This document shows positions 19,279 to 31,473 of a stretch of 60,719 nt of DNA, one piece after another. Source of the DNA: Planctomycetota bacterium (GTDB taxonomy: Bacteria > Planctomycetota > UBA11346); NCBI GenBank assembly GCA_038213805.1, contig JBBQSO010000026.1:1-60719 (forward strand). Direction: 5' to 3'. Position 1 is the stretch's first letter. Every line of letters starts with the position of its first letter. The position numbers and the translations under genes were made by a program. A model generated the notes under the pieces. It was not told the origin of the DNA. It saw only the letters and a program-made list of their open reading frames with translations, and searched no databases.

Positions 19279-20106
19279 TCAGGCGCCGGCGCGCGCGCTG
19301 CTCGGGACGACCACACTGAAGCGCGCGCCCTTGCCGATGTCGCTGTCGAGCTCAATGCGGCCGCCGTGGCGGTCGGCGATGCCCTTGACGATCGCCAGGC
19401 CAAGCCCGACGCCGGCGCCGCCGCCATTCACCGCGCTCGAGCGCTGGTAGTAGGGGCGGAAGATGCGTTCGCGGTCCTCGGGCGGGATGCCCGGTCCGGT
19501 GTCGCTCACCGTGAAGCGGGTCTCATCGGCGCCGGTGTCCATGTGCACCGACACGGTGCCGCCCGAGCGGGTGAACTTGCGCGCATTGTCGACCAGGTTG
19601 GTGAGCGCTTGGAGGATGCGCCGACGGTCAACCCAGGCGCTCTTGCCGGCGATCAGCTTGGCATCGGGCCAGTTGACCGTGACCTGGGCCGCGGCCAGCA
19701 CCGGCTCGGTGGCGACGCGCAGATCGTCGGCGACCGCCTGCAGGCTGACCTGTTCGCGGCGCAGCTGGAGGTGGCCCGACTCGATGCTCGACAGGTCGAG
19801 GATCTCGTTGATCAGCGCGAGCAGGGTGTGCCCGTTGCGATTGATGGCATCGACGAACTCGGCGTGCTTCTTGTTCATGCGCCCGCCGACCTCGGCGACC
19901 ATCAGATCAGAGAAGCCGATGATGCTGTTGAGCGGCGTGCGCAGGTCGTGGCTGATGCGCGCCAGGAACTCGGTGCGCATCTGATCGAGTTCGATCAGGC
20001 GCTTGCGCTCGTGCTCGAGGCGCTCGTTCTCGGCAAGCAGCTGCACGTTCGCCTGGAGGACATCCAGGGTCACGGGATCGCAGGGCTTGCTCACGGAGTT
20101 TCTCAC
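19279..20106 (-). CDS. Cytoplasmic histidine kinase (coiled coil-HisKA-HATPase_c, no sensor domain)
   Basis: EFLARISHDLRTPLNSIIGF, NLVDNARKFT, DTGPGI and GVGLGL motifs. Confidence 0.92.
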   Translation of the reverse strand: MRNSVSKPCDPVTLDVLQANVQLLAENERLEHERKRLIELDQMRTEFLARISHDLRTPLNSIIGFSDLMVAEVGGRMNKKHAEFVDAINRNGHTLLALINEILDLSSIESGHLQLRREQVSLQAVADDLRVATEPVLAAAQVTVNWPDAKLIAGKSAWVDRRRILQALTNLVDNARKFTRSGGTVSVHMDTGADETRFTVSDTGPGIPPEDRERIFRPYYQRSSAVNGGGAGVGLGLAIVKGIADRHGGRIELDSDIGKGARFSVVVPSSARAGA

Positions 20107-20242
20107 GTCGGTCCTGGCTAACGGGTCGAGGACAGTCTACCCCATGATCGGGGCCGCCGGCAAGGCCCGTCGCAGCCCCCCGGCATGGTCGTAAACGCCT
20201 GCTGCGCATGCATCGGCTGCACCACAACCGGTCTTGGAACGG

Positions 20243-21886
<1,644 letters not shown>

Positions 21887-22004
21887 GCGTCGCTCCTTGT
21901 AGGCCCACCGCACCGCGGGCCGGAAATGGAGCGGCAGCTTAGGCCCATGGCCATGCCCGCCAGCGGAAAGCGGGGGAGGGTGTGCTGCGGGGATCGACAG
22001 CCAG

Positions 22005-22214
22005 ACCGGACAGCCGACAATGACAGCTGAACAGGAGGCGCGGAACCGCGGAGAACGGAAGAGGACGACCATGTGCAGGGCCGGCGACCCGCTTCGGCTT
22101 GCGCACCTTCCCACTGTCAGCTGCTGCACGGGGAGCACGCGGCGGAGAGTCCAGCACTCCTCCCCTCTTCCGGTCTCCGCGGCTCCGCGGCTCCTGTTTT
22201 ATCAGGCTGTCCGG
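22005..22214. repeat. Palindromic intergenic element (MITE/REP-like family, copy 2)
   Basis: AACAGGAGGCGCGGAACCGCGGAGAACGGAAGAGG ... CCTCTTCCGGTCTCCGCGGCTCCGCGGCTCCTGTT. 22023-22044 is the exact reverse complement of 9423-9444. Confidence 0.85.
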
Positions 22215-22228
22215 TAGCCCGCGAGGCC

Positions 22229-23482
22229 TTAGCCGCCGGCTTGGGCGCCGAGCTGCTCGATGAGCTTGATCAGCGGCATGAACAGCGCGATGACGATGAA
22301 ACCGACCGCGCCGCCCATGAACACGATCAGCAGCGGTTCCATCAGGGCCATCATCGCGGCGACCGCGGCGTCGACCTCTTCGTCGTAGGTGTCGGCGATC
22401 TTGATCAGCATCTTGTCGAGCTCGCCGGTCTCTTCACCGACCTTGATCCTGTTGACCACGATGTCGTCGAACACGCCCGAGCGCTTGAGCGGCTCGTTGA
22501 TGGTCTCGCCCTCCTTCACTGAGTCGCGCACCGACTGGATGGCGTTGCGCACCACCACGTTGGGGGTCGCGGCCTTGGTGATGTCGAGGGCGTCGAGGAA
22601 GCCCACGCCCGAGGTCACCAGGGTGCCGAGCGTGCGCGTGAAGCGCGCCACCGAGCTCTTCTTGATGATGTTGCCGAGCACCGGCATGCGCATCGCGGCG
22701 CGGTCGATGAAGTTGGCGCCCTTCTCGGTCTGGCGGAAGATGCGGATGCCGACGATGAGCAGCACGATGGCGATCAGCATCACCCACCAGTAGGAGGCCA
22801 TGAAGCGGCTGAAGTCGATGAGGAACTCGGTGATGCCGGGCAGGGCGATGCCGAGCTCCTTGAAGATCTGCTCGAACTTCGGGACGATGAACACCATGAT
22901 GAAGGTCAGGATGGCGCCGGCGATGGTCATGACCGCGGCCGGGTAGATCAGCGCGCCGACCACCTTCTTACGCAGGCGCTCCGCCTTCTCGCGGAACTCG
23001 GCGAGGCGGCGCAGGATGATGTCGAGCGCGCCGGCGGTCTCGCCGGCCTTGACCAGGTTGGTGTAGAGCTTGTCCCACACCTTGGGGTGGCGGCTCATCG
23101 CCTCGGAGAGCATGGTGCCGCTCTGCACATCGTCGGTCACGGTGGCGATCGAGTGCTTGAACTTGCCGGGGCGCTGCATGTCGCTGAGGATCTGCAGCGA
23201 CTGCACGATCGGCAGACCGGCGTCCTGCAGGGTCGAGAGCTGGCGGGTGAAGAGCGTGACCTGCTTCGGTTTGATGCCGCCACCGCCCATCGACATGCCG
23301 CCCTTGCCCGAAGCGGCCGCCCCGGACTTGCCGGCCTTCGCGCGCGCCTCCTTCACCTCGATGGGCAGGAAGCCCTGGCGCTTGATCGCGGCGATGGCCT
23401 CGACCTGCGAGACCGCCTCGATGGTGTCGGTGATCTCCTTGTTGGAGCGCTTGTCGTGGGCCTTGAACTGGAAGACTGGCAT
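22229..23482 (-). CDS. pilC: Type IV pilus inner-membrane platform protein (GspF/PilC family)
   Basis: FTRQLSTLQDAGLPI, LVKAGETAG.LD, ALIYP, RFTRTLGTL and EPLLIVFMG motifs; downstream of pilB. Confidence 0.93.
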   Translation of the reverse strand: MPVFQFKAHDKRSNKEITDTIEAVSQVEAIAAIKRQGFLPIEVKEARAKAGKSGAAASGKGGMSMGGGGIKPKQVTLFTRQLSTLQDAGLPIVQSLQILSDMQRPGKFKHSIATVTDDVQSGTMLSEAMSRHPKVWDKLYTNLVKAGETAGALDIILRRLAEFREKAERLRKKVVGALIYPAAVMTIAGAILTFIMVFIVPKFEQIFKELGIALPGITEFLIDFSRFMASYWWVMLIAIVLLIVGIRIFRQTEKGANFIDRAAMRMPVLGNIIKKSSVARFTRTLGTLVTSGVGFLDALDITKAATPNVVVRNAIQSVRDSVKEGETINEPLKRSGVFDDIVVNRIKVGEETGELDKMLIKIADTYDEEVDAAVAAMMALMEPLLIVFMGGAVGFIVIALFMPLIKLIEQLGAQAGG

Positions 23483-23527
23483 GGGTTGCTCCCGGGAAAC
23501 TGGTGCAGGACGTGCGGACGCGAGGAA

Positions 23528-25288
23528 TCAGTCCTCGGCCGCCAGGGTCTCCTTGACCACCTCTTCGATGGTGGTCAATCCGGCGAAGATCTTCTGAATG
23601 CCCGAATCGCGCAGCGTGCGCATCCCGGCGCGGCCGGCGGCGATGCGCAGCTGCGTCGCGGTGGCCTTGCCAAGGATCAGTTCGCGCGTGGTGTCGTTGA
23701 TGTCGAAGAGCTCGAACAGCGCGGTGCGGCCCTTGTAGCCGGTGCCCTTGCAGTGGTCGCAGCCCTTGCCGTAGTAGAAGCGCTGGTTGGCGCCCTCGCG
23801 GCGGATGTTCAACGACAGCAGCTCCTCGTCGCTGGGCTGGTACGGCGCCTTGCACTTCGGGCAGATGGTGCGCACCAGGCGCTGGGCGAGGATGGTCTCG
23901 AGGGTGGCCGCGAGCAGGAACGGCTCCAGGCCCATGTCGAGCAGGCGGGTGACCGCGGTAGGCGCGTCGTTGGTATGCAGGGTGGTGAACACCAGATGGC
24001 CGGTGAGCGACGCCTCGATGGCGATCTTGGCGGTCTCCTGGTCGCGCACCTCGCCGACCAGCAGGATGTCGGGGTCCTGGCGCAGGATGGCGCGCAGGCA
24101 CTGCGCGAAGGAGCGGCCGACCGACTCGTCGACCGGCACCTGGATGAGGCCGTTGATCTCGTATTCGACCGGCTCTTCGGTGGTGATGATCTTGACCGAG
24201 TCCTCGTTCACTGCGGACAGCGCCGAGTAGAGCGTGGTGGTCTTGCCCGAACCGGTCGGGCCGGTGACCACGACGATGCCGTTGGGGCGCTCGATGACTT
24301 TTTTGAAGTGGACGAGCAGCTCGTCGGGGAAGCCGACCTTGTCGAGGTCCAGGTTCACCACCTGGCGGTCCAAGATACGGATCACGACAGACTCGCCGAA
24401 CATCGTCGGCAGGCAGCTGACGCGCAGGTCGACTTCGCGGTCGCCGATCTTGACCGGGATCTTGCCGTCCTGCGGCATGCGCCGCTCGGAGATGTCGAGG
24501 TGCGCCATGACCTTGATGCGCGCGACCAGCGGCGCGGAGAGGTTCTTGGGGACCGGCAGCATCTCATAGAGCACGCCGTCGATGCGGTTGCGCACGCGGA
24601 AGACCTCTTCGAAGGGCTCGAAGTGGATGTCCGCGGCCTGCGCCTTGACGCCGGTCAGCAGGATGAGGTTGAGCAGCTTGCGCACCGGCGCCGACTCGGC
24701 GGCGGCGTTGACGTCGCTAGTGTCGAGTCCGGCGAGGGCGTTGACGTCGATCGAGAAAGTTTCCTGGCCGCTGCGCGGGTCCTGGGTGCTCTCCTCGTTG
24801 CCGAGCGAGTTCATGAGCTTGTCGAGCTCGGCCTTCTTGTCCTCGTCGACCGAAGACTGGTAGTACTGCTCCAGGGCCTCGGTGATCGCGCTCTCGCTGG
24901 TCAGGGCCGAGCGCACGTTGGACACGCCAAGCATGAACTTGAGGTCGTCCATGGCCGCGAGGTTGTCGGGGTCGGCGGTGGCGATGACCAGGGTCTTGTC
25001 CTCCATGCGCACCGGGATGATGCGGTAGGAGTTGGCGACGTGCGCGGGGACCTTCTCGATCAGCGCCGGGGGCAGGACCATGCCGCCGAGCTGCACCGAA
25101 TCCATGCCGAGCAGCTGGGCGACGGCGTAGAGCACGGCGTCCTCGCGGATGCCGCCGGCCTTGCAGGCCTCGATGATGTCGACGTTGTTCTTACGGTGGT
25201 TGTTGTAGATCTTCTGGGCCGTGGCCTGATCCACCTCCTCCATCTTGTGGAGGGCCTTGAGCAGCTCTTTGGCCTCGACTCTGATCAC
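23528..25288 (-). CDS. pilB: Type IV pilus assembly ATPase (GspE/PilB family)
   Basis: DIHFEP, RRMPQDG, GPTGSGKTTTLY, LRQDPD..LVGEVRD, GHLVFTTLHTND and a tetra-Cys motif; GTG start with AGGAG RBS. Confidence 0.93.
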   Translation of the reverse strand: MIRVEAKELLKALHKMEEVDQATAQKIYNNHRKNNVDIIEACKAGGIREDAVLYAVAQLLGMDSVQLGGMVLPPALIEKVPAHVANSYRIIPVRMEDKTLVIATADPDNLAAMDDLKFMLGVSNVRSALTSESAITEALEQYYQSSVDEDKKAELDKLMNSLGNEESTQDPRSGQETFSIDVNALAGLDTSDVNAAAESAPVRKLLNLILLTGVKAQAADIHFEPFEEVFRVRNRIDGVLYEMLPVPKNLSAPLVARIKVMAHLDISERRMPQDGKIPVKIGDREVDLRVSCLPTMFGESVVIRILDRQVVNLDLDKVGFPDELLVHFKKVIERPNGIVVVTGPTGSGKTTTLYSALSAVNEDSVKIITTEEPVEYEINGLIQVPVDESVGRSFAQCLRAILRQDPDILLVGEVRDQETAKIAIEASLTGHLVFTTLHTNDAPTAVTRLLDMGLEPFLLAATLETILAQRLVRTICPKCKAPYQPSDEELLSLNIRREGANQRFYYGKGCDHCKGTGYKGRTALFELFDINDTTRELILGKATATQLRIAAGRAGMRTLRDSGIQKIFAGLTTIEEVVKETLAAED

Positions 25289-25454
25289 CGCGATGCTCCT
25301 GGGGAGACAAGCCCCGCCAACCGTCGCAGCACCCCGGGACATCCGGCGCGCATCTGGAATGCCTGCCGGCGATGATGCCGTCGGCGGGCCCGAATCCAAC
25401 CCCTGGGCCACCGACCTTGAGGCCGGCGCCCGCGGCAGCGTGCCGCAGCTATCT

Positions 25455-26555
25455 TCAACCCTTCGCGACGGTGCCCGCCGCGCCGCCGCTGCCGGCCTCC
25501 TGGACCTTGCGCTGCAGATAGCCCTGGTCCTTCGCGTACATCATCATGTCCGCGAAGTTGATGGTGCCGGCCTGGTAGAGCTTGAAGAGCCAGTCGTCGA
25601 GCAGGATCATACCCTGGTTCGCGCTGGTCTGGATGGTGCTGTCGATGCGGAAGCTCTTGTTTTCGCGGATCAGGTTCGAGATCGCGGGGTTCATCAGCAT
25701 GATCTCGAAGGCGGCGGCGCGGCCCTTGCCGTCAGCCTTGGGCACCAGGGCCTGCGAGATGACCGCAACCAGGTTGCCGGCGAGCTGGGTGCGCACCATC
25801 TCCTGCTGGTTGGTCGGGAACACGTCGATGATGCGGTCGACGGTGCGCGAGGCGCCCGTGGTGTGCAGGGTGCCAAACACCAAGTGACCGGTCTCGGCCG
25901 CGCTGATGGCCGCCGAGATGGTGGCCAGATCGCGCATTTCACCGACCAGGATGACGTCCGGGTCTTCGCGCAGGGCGCGGCGCAGGCCCTCTTCGAAGGA
26001 CGGGCAGTCGATGTGGATCTCGCGCTGGTTGACCACGCACTTTTTGTGATTGTGGTAGAACTCGATGGGGTCCTCGAGGGTGATGATGTGCCCCTCTTCC
26101 TCGCTGTTGATGAAATCGATCATCGTCGCCAGCGAGGTCGACTTGCCCGAGCCGGTCGGGCCGGTAACCAGGACCAGGCCGCGCGGGCGGGTGCAGATGT
26201 CCTTGATGTGCGGCGGCAGACCGATCTGTTCGAAGGTCAGGATCTTCTGCGGGATCTGGCGCAGGACCATCGCGACGCGGCCCTTCTGCTTGAAGGCGTT
26301 GACGCGGAAGCGCGCCTTGTCGAGGTAGCCGATGGCGAAGTCGGTCGAGCCGACCTCGGAGATCTCGGTCTGCCCGCGCTCGCTGGTGATCTGCTTCATC
26401 AGCTGGGTGGTGTCCTCCGCGGTCAGGACCGGCGACTTCAAACTCTTGACGCTGCCGTGGATGCGGAAGGTGGGCGGACGTCCCACGGTGATGTGGATAT
26501 CCGACGCGCTCTGCGCGAGACAGATTTCCAGCAGCTGGTTCATATCGTAGGACAT
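25455..26555 (-). CDS. pilT: Type IV pilus retraction ATPase
   Basis: ASDIH, RFRVNAF, GPTGSGKSTSLA, ALREDPDVILVGEMRD, AETGHLVFGTLHT and AISNLIRE (AIRNLIRE-like) motifs. Confidence 0.95.
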   Translation of the reverse strand: MSYDMNQLLEICLAQSASDIHITVGRPPTFRIHGSVKSLKSPVLTAEDTTQLMKQITSERGQTEISEVGSTDFAIGYLDKARFRVNAFKQKGRVAMVLRQIPQKILTFEQIGLPPHIKDICTRPRGLVLVTGPTGSGKSTSLATMIDFINSEEEGHIITLEDPIEFYHNHKKCVVNQREIHIDCPSFEEGLRRALREDPDVILVGEMRDLATISAAISAAETGHLVFGTLHTTGASRTVDRIIDVFPTNQQEMVRTQLAGNLVAVISQALVPKADGKGRAAAFEIMLMNPAISNLIRENKSFRIDSTIQTSANQGMILLDDWLFKLYQAGTINFADMMMYAKDQGYLQRKVQEAGSGGAAGTVAKG

Positions 26556-26713
26556 CGGCACCCTCGACCACCATCATGGCAGCGCGCCGGGAGCGGCAAC
26601 GGCACCCGCGCGAGGCCGTTGCCCTGGTGTGTGACCTCCGCTCGGGGGCGCGTGACATGCGTGGGGACATGGTTGGGGGGTGGCCCGCATGGCGGGGGGC
26701 GCTGGGGGCGCCC

Positions 26714-26833
26714 AGACCCTAGACCCTAGACCCTCGGTACCCGTGTAGAGGCCCACTGGTCGTCCCGCCGTCGCCGGACCCGCGATGACGCACCGGACCA
26801 CGGTCTAGGGTCTAGGGTCTAGGGTCTAGGGTC
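26714..26833. repeat. Inverted heptamer arrays (AGACCCT)3 ... (GGTCTAG)4
   Basis: Perfect units at 26714-26734 and 26802-26829; the two arms are reverse complements. Confidence 0.9.
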
Positions 26834-26867
26834 CCCCGTCCAAAGGCGCGCCACCAGCCCAAGGACC

Positions 26868-28151
26868 CTACTTACCCGCAGCGGCCGGAACCCCGGTCTC
26901 TGCCAGGCGCTGGTTCACCAGGGCGGGCAGGCTCTTGTAATCGATCGTCGAAGCACGGCGCAGGTCGCCGAGCAGGCGGCTGGTGCGCGGCTCGATCTGG
27001 GCGTCGATCAGGTCCTGGAGGATGCGTTCTTTGAGGTCGGCGAAGACCGGCTCCTTGGCGGCGCGGCGGCCGTGGACGATGAGGATCTCGACGCCAGTGG
27101 CGCCGGCGATGGGCGCGAGCATCTGCGGGTAGGGCGGGTTGATGGCCCAGGCGACGGACATCGCGGCGGGCTCGACGACGCGCGCGCCGAGCTCACCGCG
27201 ATCGCCATTGCGCGGCACGAAGCCGAGGTGGCCATCGACGCCGTTGGGGTCGTAGCCCTTGCCGAAGGTGTTCCACACCTGCTCGAAGGTCAACCGCCCG
27301 GCGGCCATCGTGCCGTGCAGCTGGACCATCACCTCCATCAGGCGCTTGTGCTCGACCTCGGGCGGGATGGCCTTGCCGTCCTTATCCTTGGGGGCGTAGG
27401 GGATCCACAGGCTCGAGAGGTCGACAGCCTCGGGCTCGCGATAGCGCTCGATGTGTTCGGCGAACCACGCCTTGAGTCCGTCTTCCTCGACCTCGGCGTG
27501 GGCGCGGCTCGCGACCAGCAGGTGCAGGCCGGTGAGCATGCGGAAGCCCGGCTCGCTGGTGAACTGGGCGAGGCTCATCTTCTGGGTCTGCTGGATGAAG
27601 GTCGGGAAGTCGACCTGCGGCTGGCTACGCGCCTTGAGCGATTCCTGCAGGCGCTTGGCCATGCGCGCGACTTCGACGTCGATCGCCTTCGCGTCGATGA
27701 CCACCCCCTCCTTGACCAGCGCGTTCTCGACCAGGCGGATGTTGATCAGCTCCTCGCGCACCTTGGCGGAGCCGTCGCGCAGCAGCTGCACGGCAAGCAG
27801 GCCGCGCGTCAATCGCCAGCCAGCGACCTGCACCACCACCGAGTCGTCGCTGAGCGTCGCCCAGTCGACCCGGCCGAGCTGGTCGTGCATCAGCTCCTCG
27901 ACCTGCTCGACGCCCTCCTTCTTGAGCAGCGCATCCTCGACGTCGCGTAGGGTCAGCGGCTTGCCATCGATCATCGCGACCGGCTCGGCTAGGGTCGATG
28001 CGGCGGTCGGCGGCGCGGCGGGCGCGGGCGCCGGGGTCGCGGCGGGTTTGGCGGCCTGCTCGGCGCAGGTCGTCAAGTTGCCGAGCAGCGCGGCAGACAG
28101 CAGCGCTGCGCAGCAAAGGAGGCGGCGGGAGAGCGGGCGGTCAGGAGTCAT
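26868..28151 (-). CDS. SurA/PrsA-like periplasmic chaperone with parvulin-type PPIase domain
   Basis: Signal peptide, VAMIDGKPLT, ELINIRLVE, RYREPEAVDLSSLWI and DGHLGFV (parvulin-like); coupled to rsmA. Confidence 0.7.
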   Translation of the reverse strand: MTPDRPLSRRLLCCAALLSAALLGNLTTCAEQAAKPAATPAPAPAAPPTAASTLAEPVAMIDGKPLTLRDVEDALLKKEGVEQVEELMHDQLGRVDWATLSDDSVVVQVAGWRLTRGLLAVQLLRDGSAKVREELINIRLVENALVKEGVVIDAKAIDVEVARMAKRLQESLKARSQPQVDFPTFIQQTQKMSLAQFTSEPGFRMLTGLHLLVASRAHAEVEEDGLKAWFAEHIERYREPEAVDLSSLWIPYAPKDKDGKAIPPEVEHKRLMEVMVQLHGTMAAGRLTFEQVWNTFGKGYDPNGVDGHLGFVPRNGDRGELGARVVEPAAMSVAWAINPPYPQMLAPIAGATGVEILIVHGRRAAKEPVFADLKERILQDLIDAQIEPRTSRLLGDLRRASTIDYKSLPALVNQRLAETGVPAAAGK

Positions 28152-29010
28152 CGGCGGCGCCTTGCAGCGGTGGAGCGGCGGCCGGTCCGAGCGCGGCGTA
28201 GAGCGCAAGCAGCTCGGCGGCGGAGAGGGATTCGAGCCTGCGCTGGGTGTCCAGGCCACAAGCCGCGCAGGCCTGCACCGCCTGTTCGCGAGTCACTCCC
28301 GCGTCGCGCAGTGCGCCGGGCAGGACCTTGCGCCGTGCGGAGAACACCGCGCGGCACCAGCGCCCGAAGCCGGCAGGCAGCGCGGCGCGCGGCGTCCACA
28401 CCAGGATCGCGCTGTCGACGCGCGGGCGCGGGTGGAAGCACTGCGGCGGCAGGCGCCGCACCAGGCGCGGGACGCCCGCGGCCTGCAGCACCGCCGCGCT
28501 CGCGCCCCAGGCATCGTCGCCGGGTTTGGCGCACAGCCGCTCGGCCGCCTCCCACTGCACGGTCACCGCCACCGCCTCGGGCGGGTTGGGCAGCGCGACT
28601 GCGTTGAGCAGCGCCGGCATGGCGATGTCGTAAGGCAGGTTGGCACCGAGCCGCCACGGCCCGGCGGCGGCGAAGGCCACGATCGCCGGGTGCAGCACGC
28701 TTTTGCTCGCCAGGCAGTCGCCGTGCACCAGCTGCAGGCCGCGCGGCACCAGGCCACCCTGCAGCAGCGCGTGCAGGCCGCGGTCGAGTTCGACCGCCAG
28801 CACTGAGCAGCCGGCGTCGAGCAGGCGCTCGGTGAGCAGGCCGGTGCCGGGCCCGATCTCGACCACGCGCTGGCCGGGGGCGGCACCGAGCGCGGCGACC
28901 AGGGCGGCGAGCGCGCCGTTGTCGACCATGAAATTCTGCCCGAGGCGGTGCAGCGGCGCGAGCCCGGCCGCGGCGAGCTCGGCGATGACGCGCTGGCGCA
29001 GATCGTTCAT
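28141..29010 (-). CDS. rsmA: 16S rRNA m6,2A dimethyltransferase
   Basis: LGQNFMVD, VVEIGPGTGLLT, AVELDR, ANLPY, QWEAAERL and FHPRPRVDSA motifs. Confidence 0.94.
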   Translation of the reverse strand: MNDLRQRVIAELAAAGLAPLHRLGQNFMVDNGALAALVAALGAAPGQRVVEIGPGTGLLTERLLDAGCSVLAVELDRGLHALLQGGLVPRGLQLVHGDCLASKSVLHPAIVAFAAAGPWRLGANLPYDIAMPALLNAVALPNPPEAVAVTVQWEAAERLCAKPGDDAWGASAAVLQAAGVPRLVRRLPPQCFHPRPRVDSAILVWTPRAALPAGFGRWCRAVFSARRKVLPGALRDAGVTREQAVQACAACGLDTQRRLESLSAAELLALYAALGPAAAPPLQGAADDS

Positions 29011-31280
29011 GGCGCCGCCGGAACGGCGCGGGACGGCGCCGGGATGGCGGGCGGCGCGGTCCCGGTGGTGGGCGCGGCGGGCAGGAAACGCGCCTCCGGC
29101 CAGATCAGGTTGGCGGCCTCGGCGGCCGGGATCCAGGCGCGGCCCTGCGGACCGCCGCGCTCGCCGCGTCCGGCCTCGGCGTGGAGCGGCACGCTGCCGT
29201 CGGCGGCGGGCCGGCCGACGGCCAGCACCAGCTGCTCTTCGGCGCCGACGTCGCGGTCGCGGCCGGGCAGCACGCAGATGATGCTGGCGGCGAGCTCCGC
29301 GGGCAGCAGCGGCCCGGCCTGGGCGTCGCTGCGCGCTGCACGCAGGCCGGCGAGCAGGCGCAGGTAGCGGCGCACCTGGACCGCATCAGCGGGGCGCGCG
29401 CCCGCCGCGTCCGGCTGCCCATCAGGGCCGAGCGTGGCCAGCGTCCAGCCGGCAACGCTGCGCGCGAGGCGGTAGCGCGATCTGCCGGTCTGCACCTCGA
29501 TGCGCTCGACCAGGCTCGGCACCAGCGGCAGGACCAGGTTGTCGAGCACCGGCAGACGCAGCAGCTCGACCAGCTCGGGATCGACCAGGAAGCTGACCCC
29601 GCCGTCACTGTCGAGCGCGCGCCAGGACTCGCCCTCGCGCGCGAAGGCCAGGCCAAGGTCCTGATCGACGGTGTCGCTGGCGCGGCTGTCGTCGTTGGAG
29701 CGCAGCGCGCGGGCCGGCGCGAAGCGCAGGCTGACTTCCAGCGCCGGGGCCGCGAGCAGGGCGCGGTCGGCGGCGGTGGCGAGACGCGCGCTTTGCGCGC
29801 GCGCCGTGCAGATGGCGCGCGCGATGCGCTCGACGGCGAGCTGGTTGACCGCGCCCGGCACCGGCAGCACCTGGCGCCAACCGGCGGTGCCGTCGGCGGC
29901 GTAGAGTTCGGCGCGCGGCGGCTGCTCGTCATGGACCAGGCGCTGGAGTTTCACGACGCGCTCGAGCGCGCGCGTGGTCAGGCGGGTGTCGAGCATGCGG
30001 TCGGGGCCGAGATCGCGCAGGTCGTCGGGCCAGGCGGCGACGGTCGCGACGTGGGTGGCGCTCCAGATGCGCTCGCCGGCCAGGGCGATGGACAGGACCC
30101 GCTGGCTGCTCTGGAAGCGGAAGCCGAGCACGGTGGCGTCGGCAGGCGGGACGTCGGCCGCGGTGCGCGGGCGCGGCGCCTGGACCACCAGCTGGTCGAG
30201 CGCGTAGGCGATGCGCGCCACCGCGGCCGCGTCGGCGACTTCGCGGCCGCCCGGCCACACCACGTCCCACTGGCTCTGGCCCTTGAGCTCGTCGCGCAGA
30301 CCGTGCTTCTCAAGGCGCACCACCGGCATGCCGGCGCGCGTCACCGCCAGCTCTGCGACCGGATTGCCGGAAAAGTCACGCGCCAGGTTGAAGAGGTAGT
30401 CGCGACCGAGATCGGCGAGCGCCGCGTCCCACTGCGCGAGCTGGTTGGCGGGCAGCGGCTGCACCGGCAGGTCGTCAACCTGCGCGCGACCGGGTGCGGC
30501 GGCCGGGACCAGAGCCGCCGCACCCGCCACGGCGTCGGCCAGCCGGGCCGCGCCACGCCACACGCGCACGGTCTGCTGCGTGCCGCTCTTGAGGGTGATG
30601 CGCAGCTCGCCCAGCGGGGTGTCAGCACCGCGCGCCGGCCCGGCGAAATCCATCAGCTGCAAGCGGTCGACCAAAGTGAGCAGGCGCAGCACGCGGCGCG
30701 TGAGCGGCGGCCGGCCGGGGGCGCCCGCGTCCACCCAGTCGTTGCCCTGGGGGACGATGCGCAGGGCGCCGACCGCGAGCTCGGCGAGCGCATCGGTGGG
30801 CACCAGCGTCAGGCGGTCGAGCCGCCCGACGCGCTGGTCGAGCGACCGGATCACATCCGCGGGGAAGGCGGCGAGGCGGTGCGTGCCACCTTCCCACAGG
30901 TAACCGGTGTCACCGTTCACGCCCCAGCGCAGATGGAAGGCGCCGGCGTCGAGGGCGCGGGTACCGTCGATGCCGTAGTCGGCGAGGCGCTCTTCGGGGA
31001 CCTTCTCCACGACTTTGGCGGCGGGCGCGCGCAGCGCGGTCAGCACCGTCCACAGCACGTCGAGGTGATCTGCGGCGAGCGGCCGCAGCACGCCCTGGAT
31101 GCGCACGCCCTCGGGCACCACCTCCTGCACCAGCCCGCCGCCGCGCACGGTCAGCGCCGCGGGTAGCGGACCGGCGACCAGGGCCACGCCTGCGCCAACA
31201 GGCCCGCGCTCTGGCCACAACACGTAGGCGCCGAGGACGAGCATGGCCAGGCAGATGATGAGGTAGGCGGTACGGGTCAT
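29007..31280 (-). CDS. Membrane-anchored hypothetical protein with repeated DUF4340-like modules
   Basis: N-terminal TM helix; repeated patterns (LADYGID, ELAVTRAG..VRLEK, ADAAAVARI, ERIEVQ...RLAR...W, ADAVQVRRYL..L..LRA). Confidence 0.65.
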   Translation of the reverse strand: MTRTAYLIICLAMLVLGAYVLWPERGPVGAGVALVAGPLPAALTVRGGGLVQEVVPEGVRIQGVLRPLAADHLDVLWTVLTALRAPAAKVVEKVPEERLADYGIDGTRALDAGAFHLRWGVNGDTGYLWEGGTHRLAAFPADVIRSLDQRVGRLDRLTLVPTDALAELAVGALRIVPQGNDWVDAGAPGRPPLTRRVLRLLTLVDRLQLMDFAGPARGADTPLGELRITLKSGTQQTVRVWRGAARLADAVAGAAALVPAAAPGRAQVDDLPVQPLPANQLAQWDAALADLGRDYLFNLARDFSGNPVAELAVTRAGMPVVRLEKHGLRDELKGQSQWDVVWPGGREVADAAAVARIAYALDQLVVQAPRPRTAADVPPADATVLGFRFQSSQRVLSIALAGERIWSATHVATVAAWPDDLRDLGPDRMLDTRLTTRALERVVKLQRLVHDEQPPRAELYAADGTAGWRQVLPVPGAVNQLAVERIARAICTARAQSARLATAADRALLAAPALEVSLRFAPARALRSNDDSRASDTVDQDLGLAFAREGESWRALDSDGGVSFLVDPELVELLRLPVLDNLVLPLVPSLVERIEVQTGRSRYRLARSVAGWTLATLGPDGQPDAAGARPADAVQVRRYLRLLAGLRAARSDAQAGPLLPAELAASIICVLPGRDRDVGAEEQLVLAVGRPAADGSVPLHAEAGRGERGGPQGRAWIPAAEAANLIWPEARFLPAAPTTGTAPPAIPAPSRAVPAAP

Positions 31281-31294
31281 CGGGCTGACGCGCC

Positions 31295-31464
31295 TGCGGC
31301 GCGGGTGCGACGTGCGGCGTGCTGGATGCGGGGTGCGGCAGACGTCGTGAAGACGACGCGCCTGGAGGAACCTGCCGGGGTTTGCGCCTCAGGTCGACGC
31401 GCCGGCACAGCCAGCGGCGTGGGGCCAAGCGCACTCCGCAGTCCGCACGCCGCACACCGCACGT
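31295..31464. repeat. Inverted heptamer arrays (TGCGGCG)n ... (CGCACNC)n
   Basis: Left arm about 31295-31340; right arm CGCACTC CGCAGTC CGCACGC CGCACAC CGCACGT at 31430-31464. Confidence 0.7.
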
Positions 31465-31473
31465 CCCGCGCCC

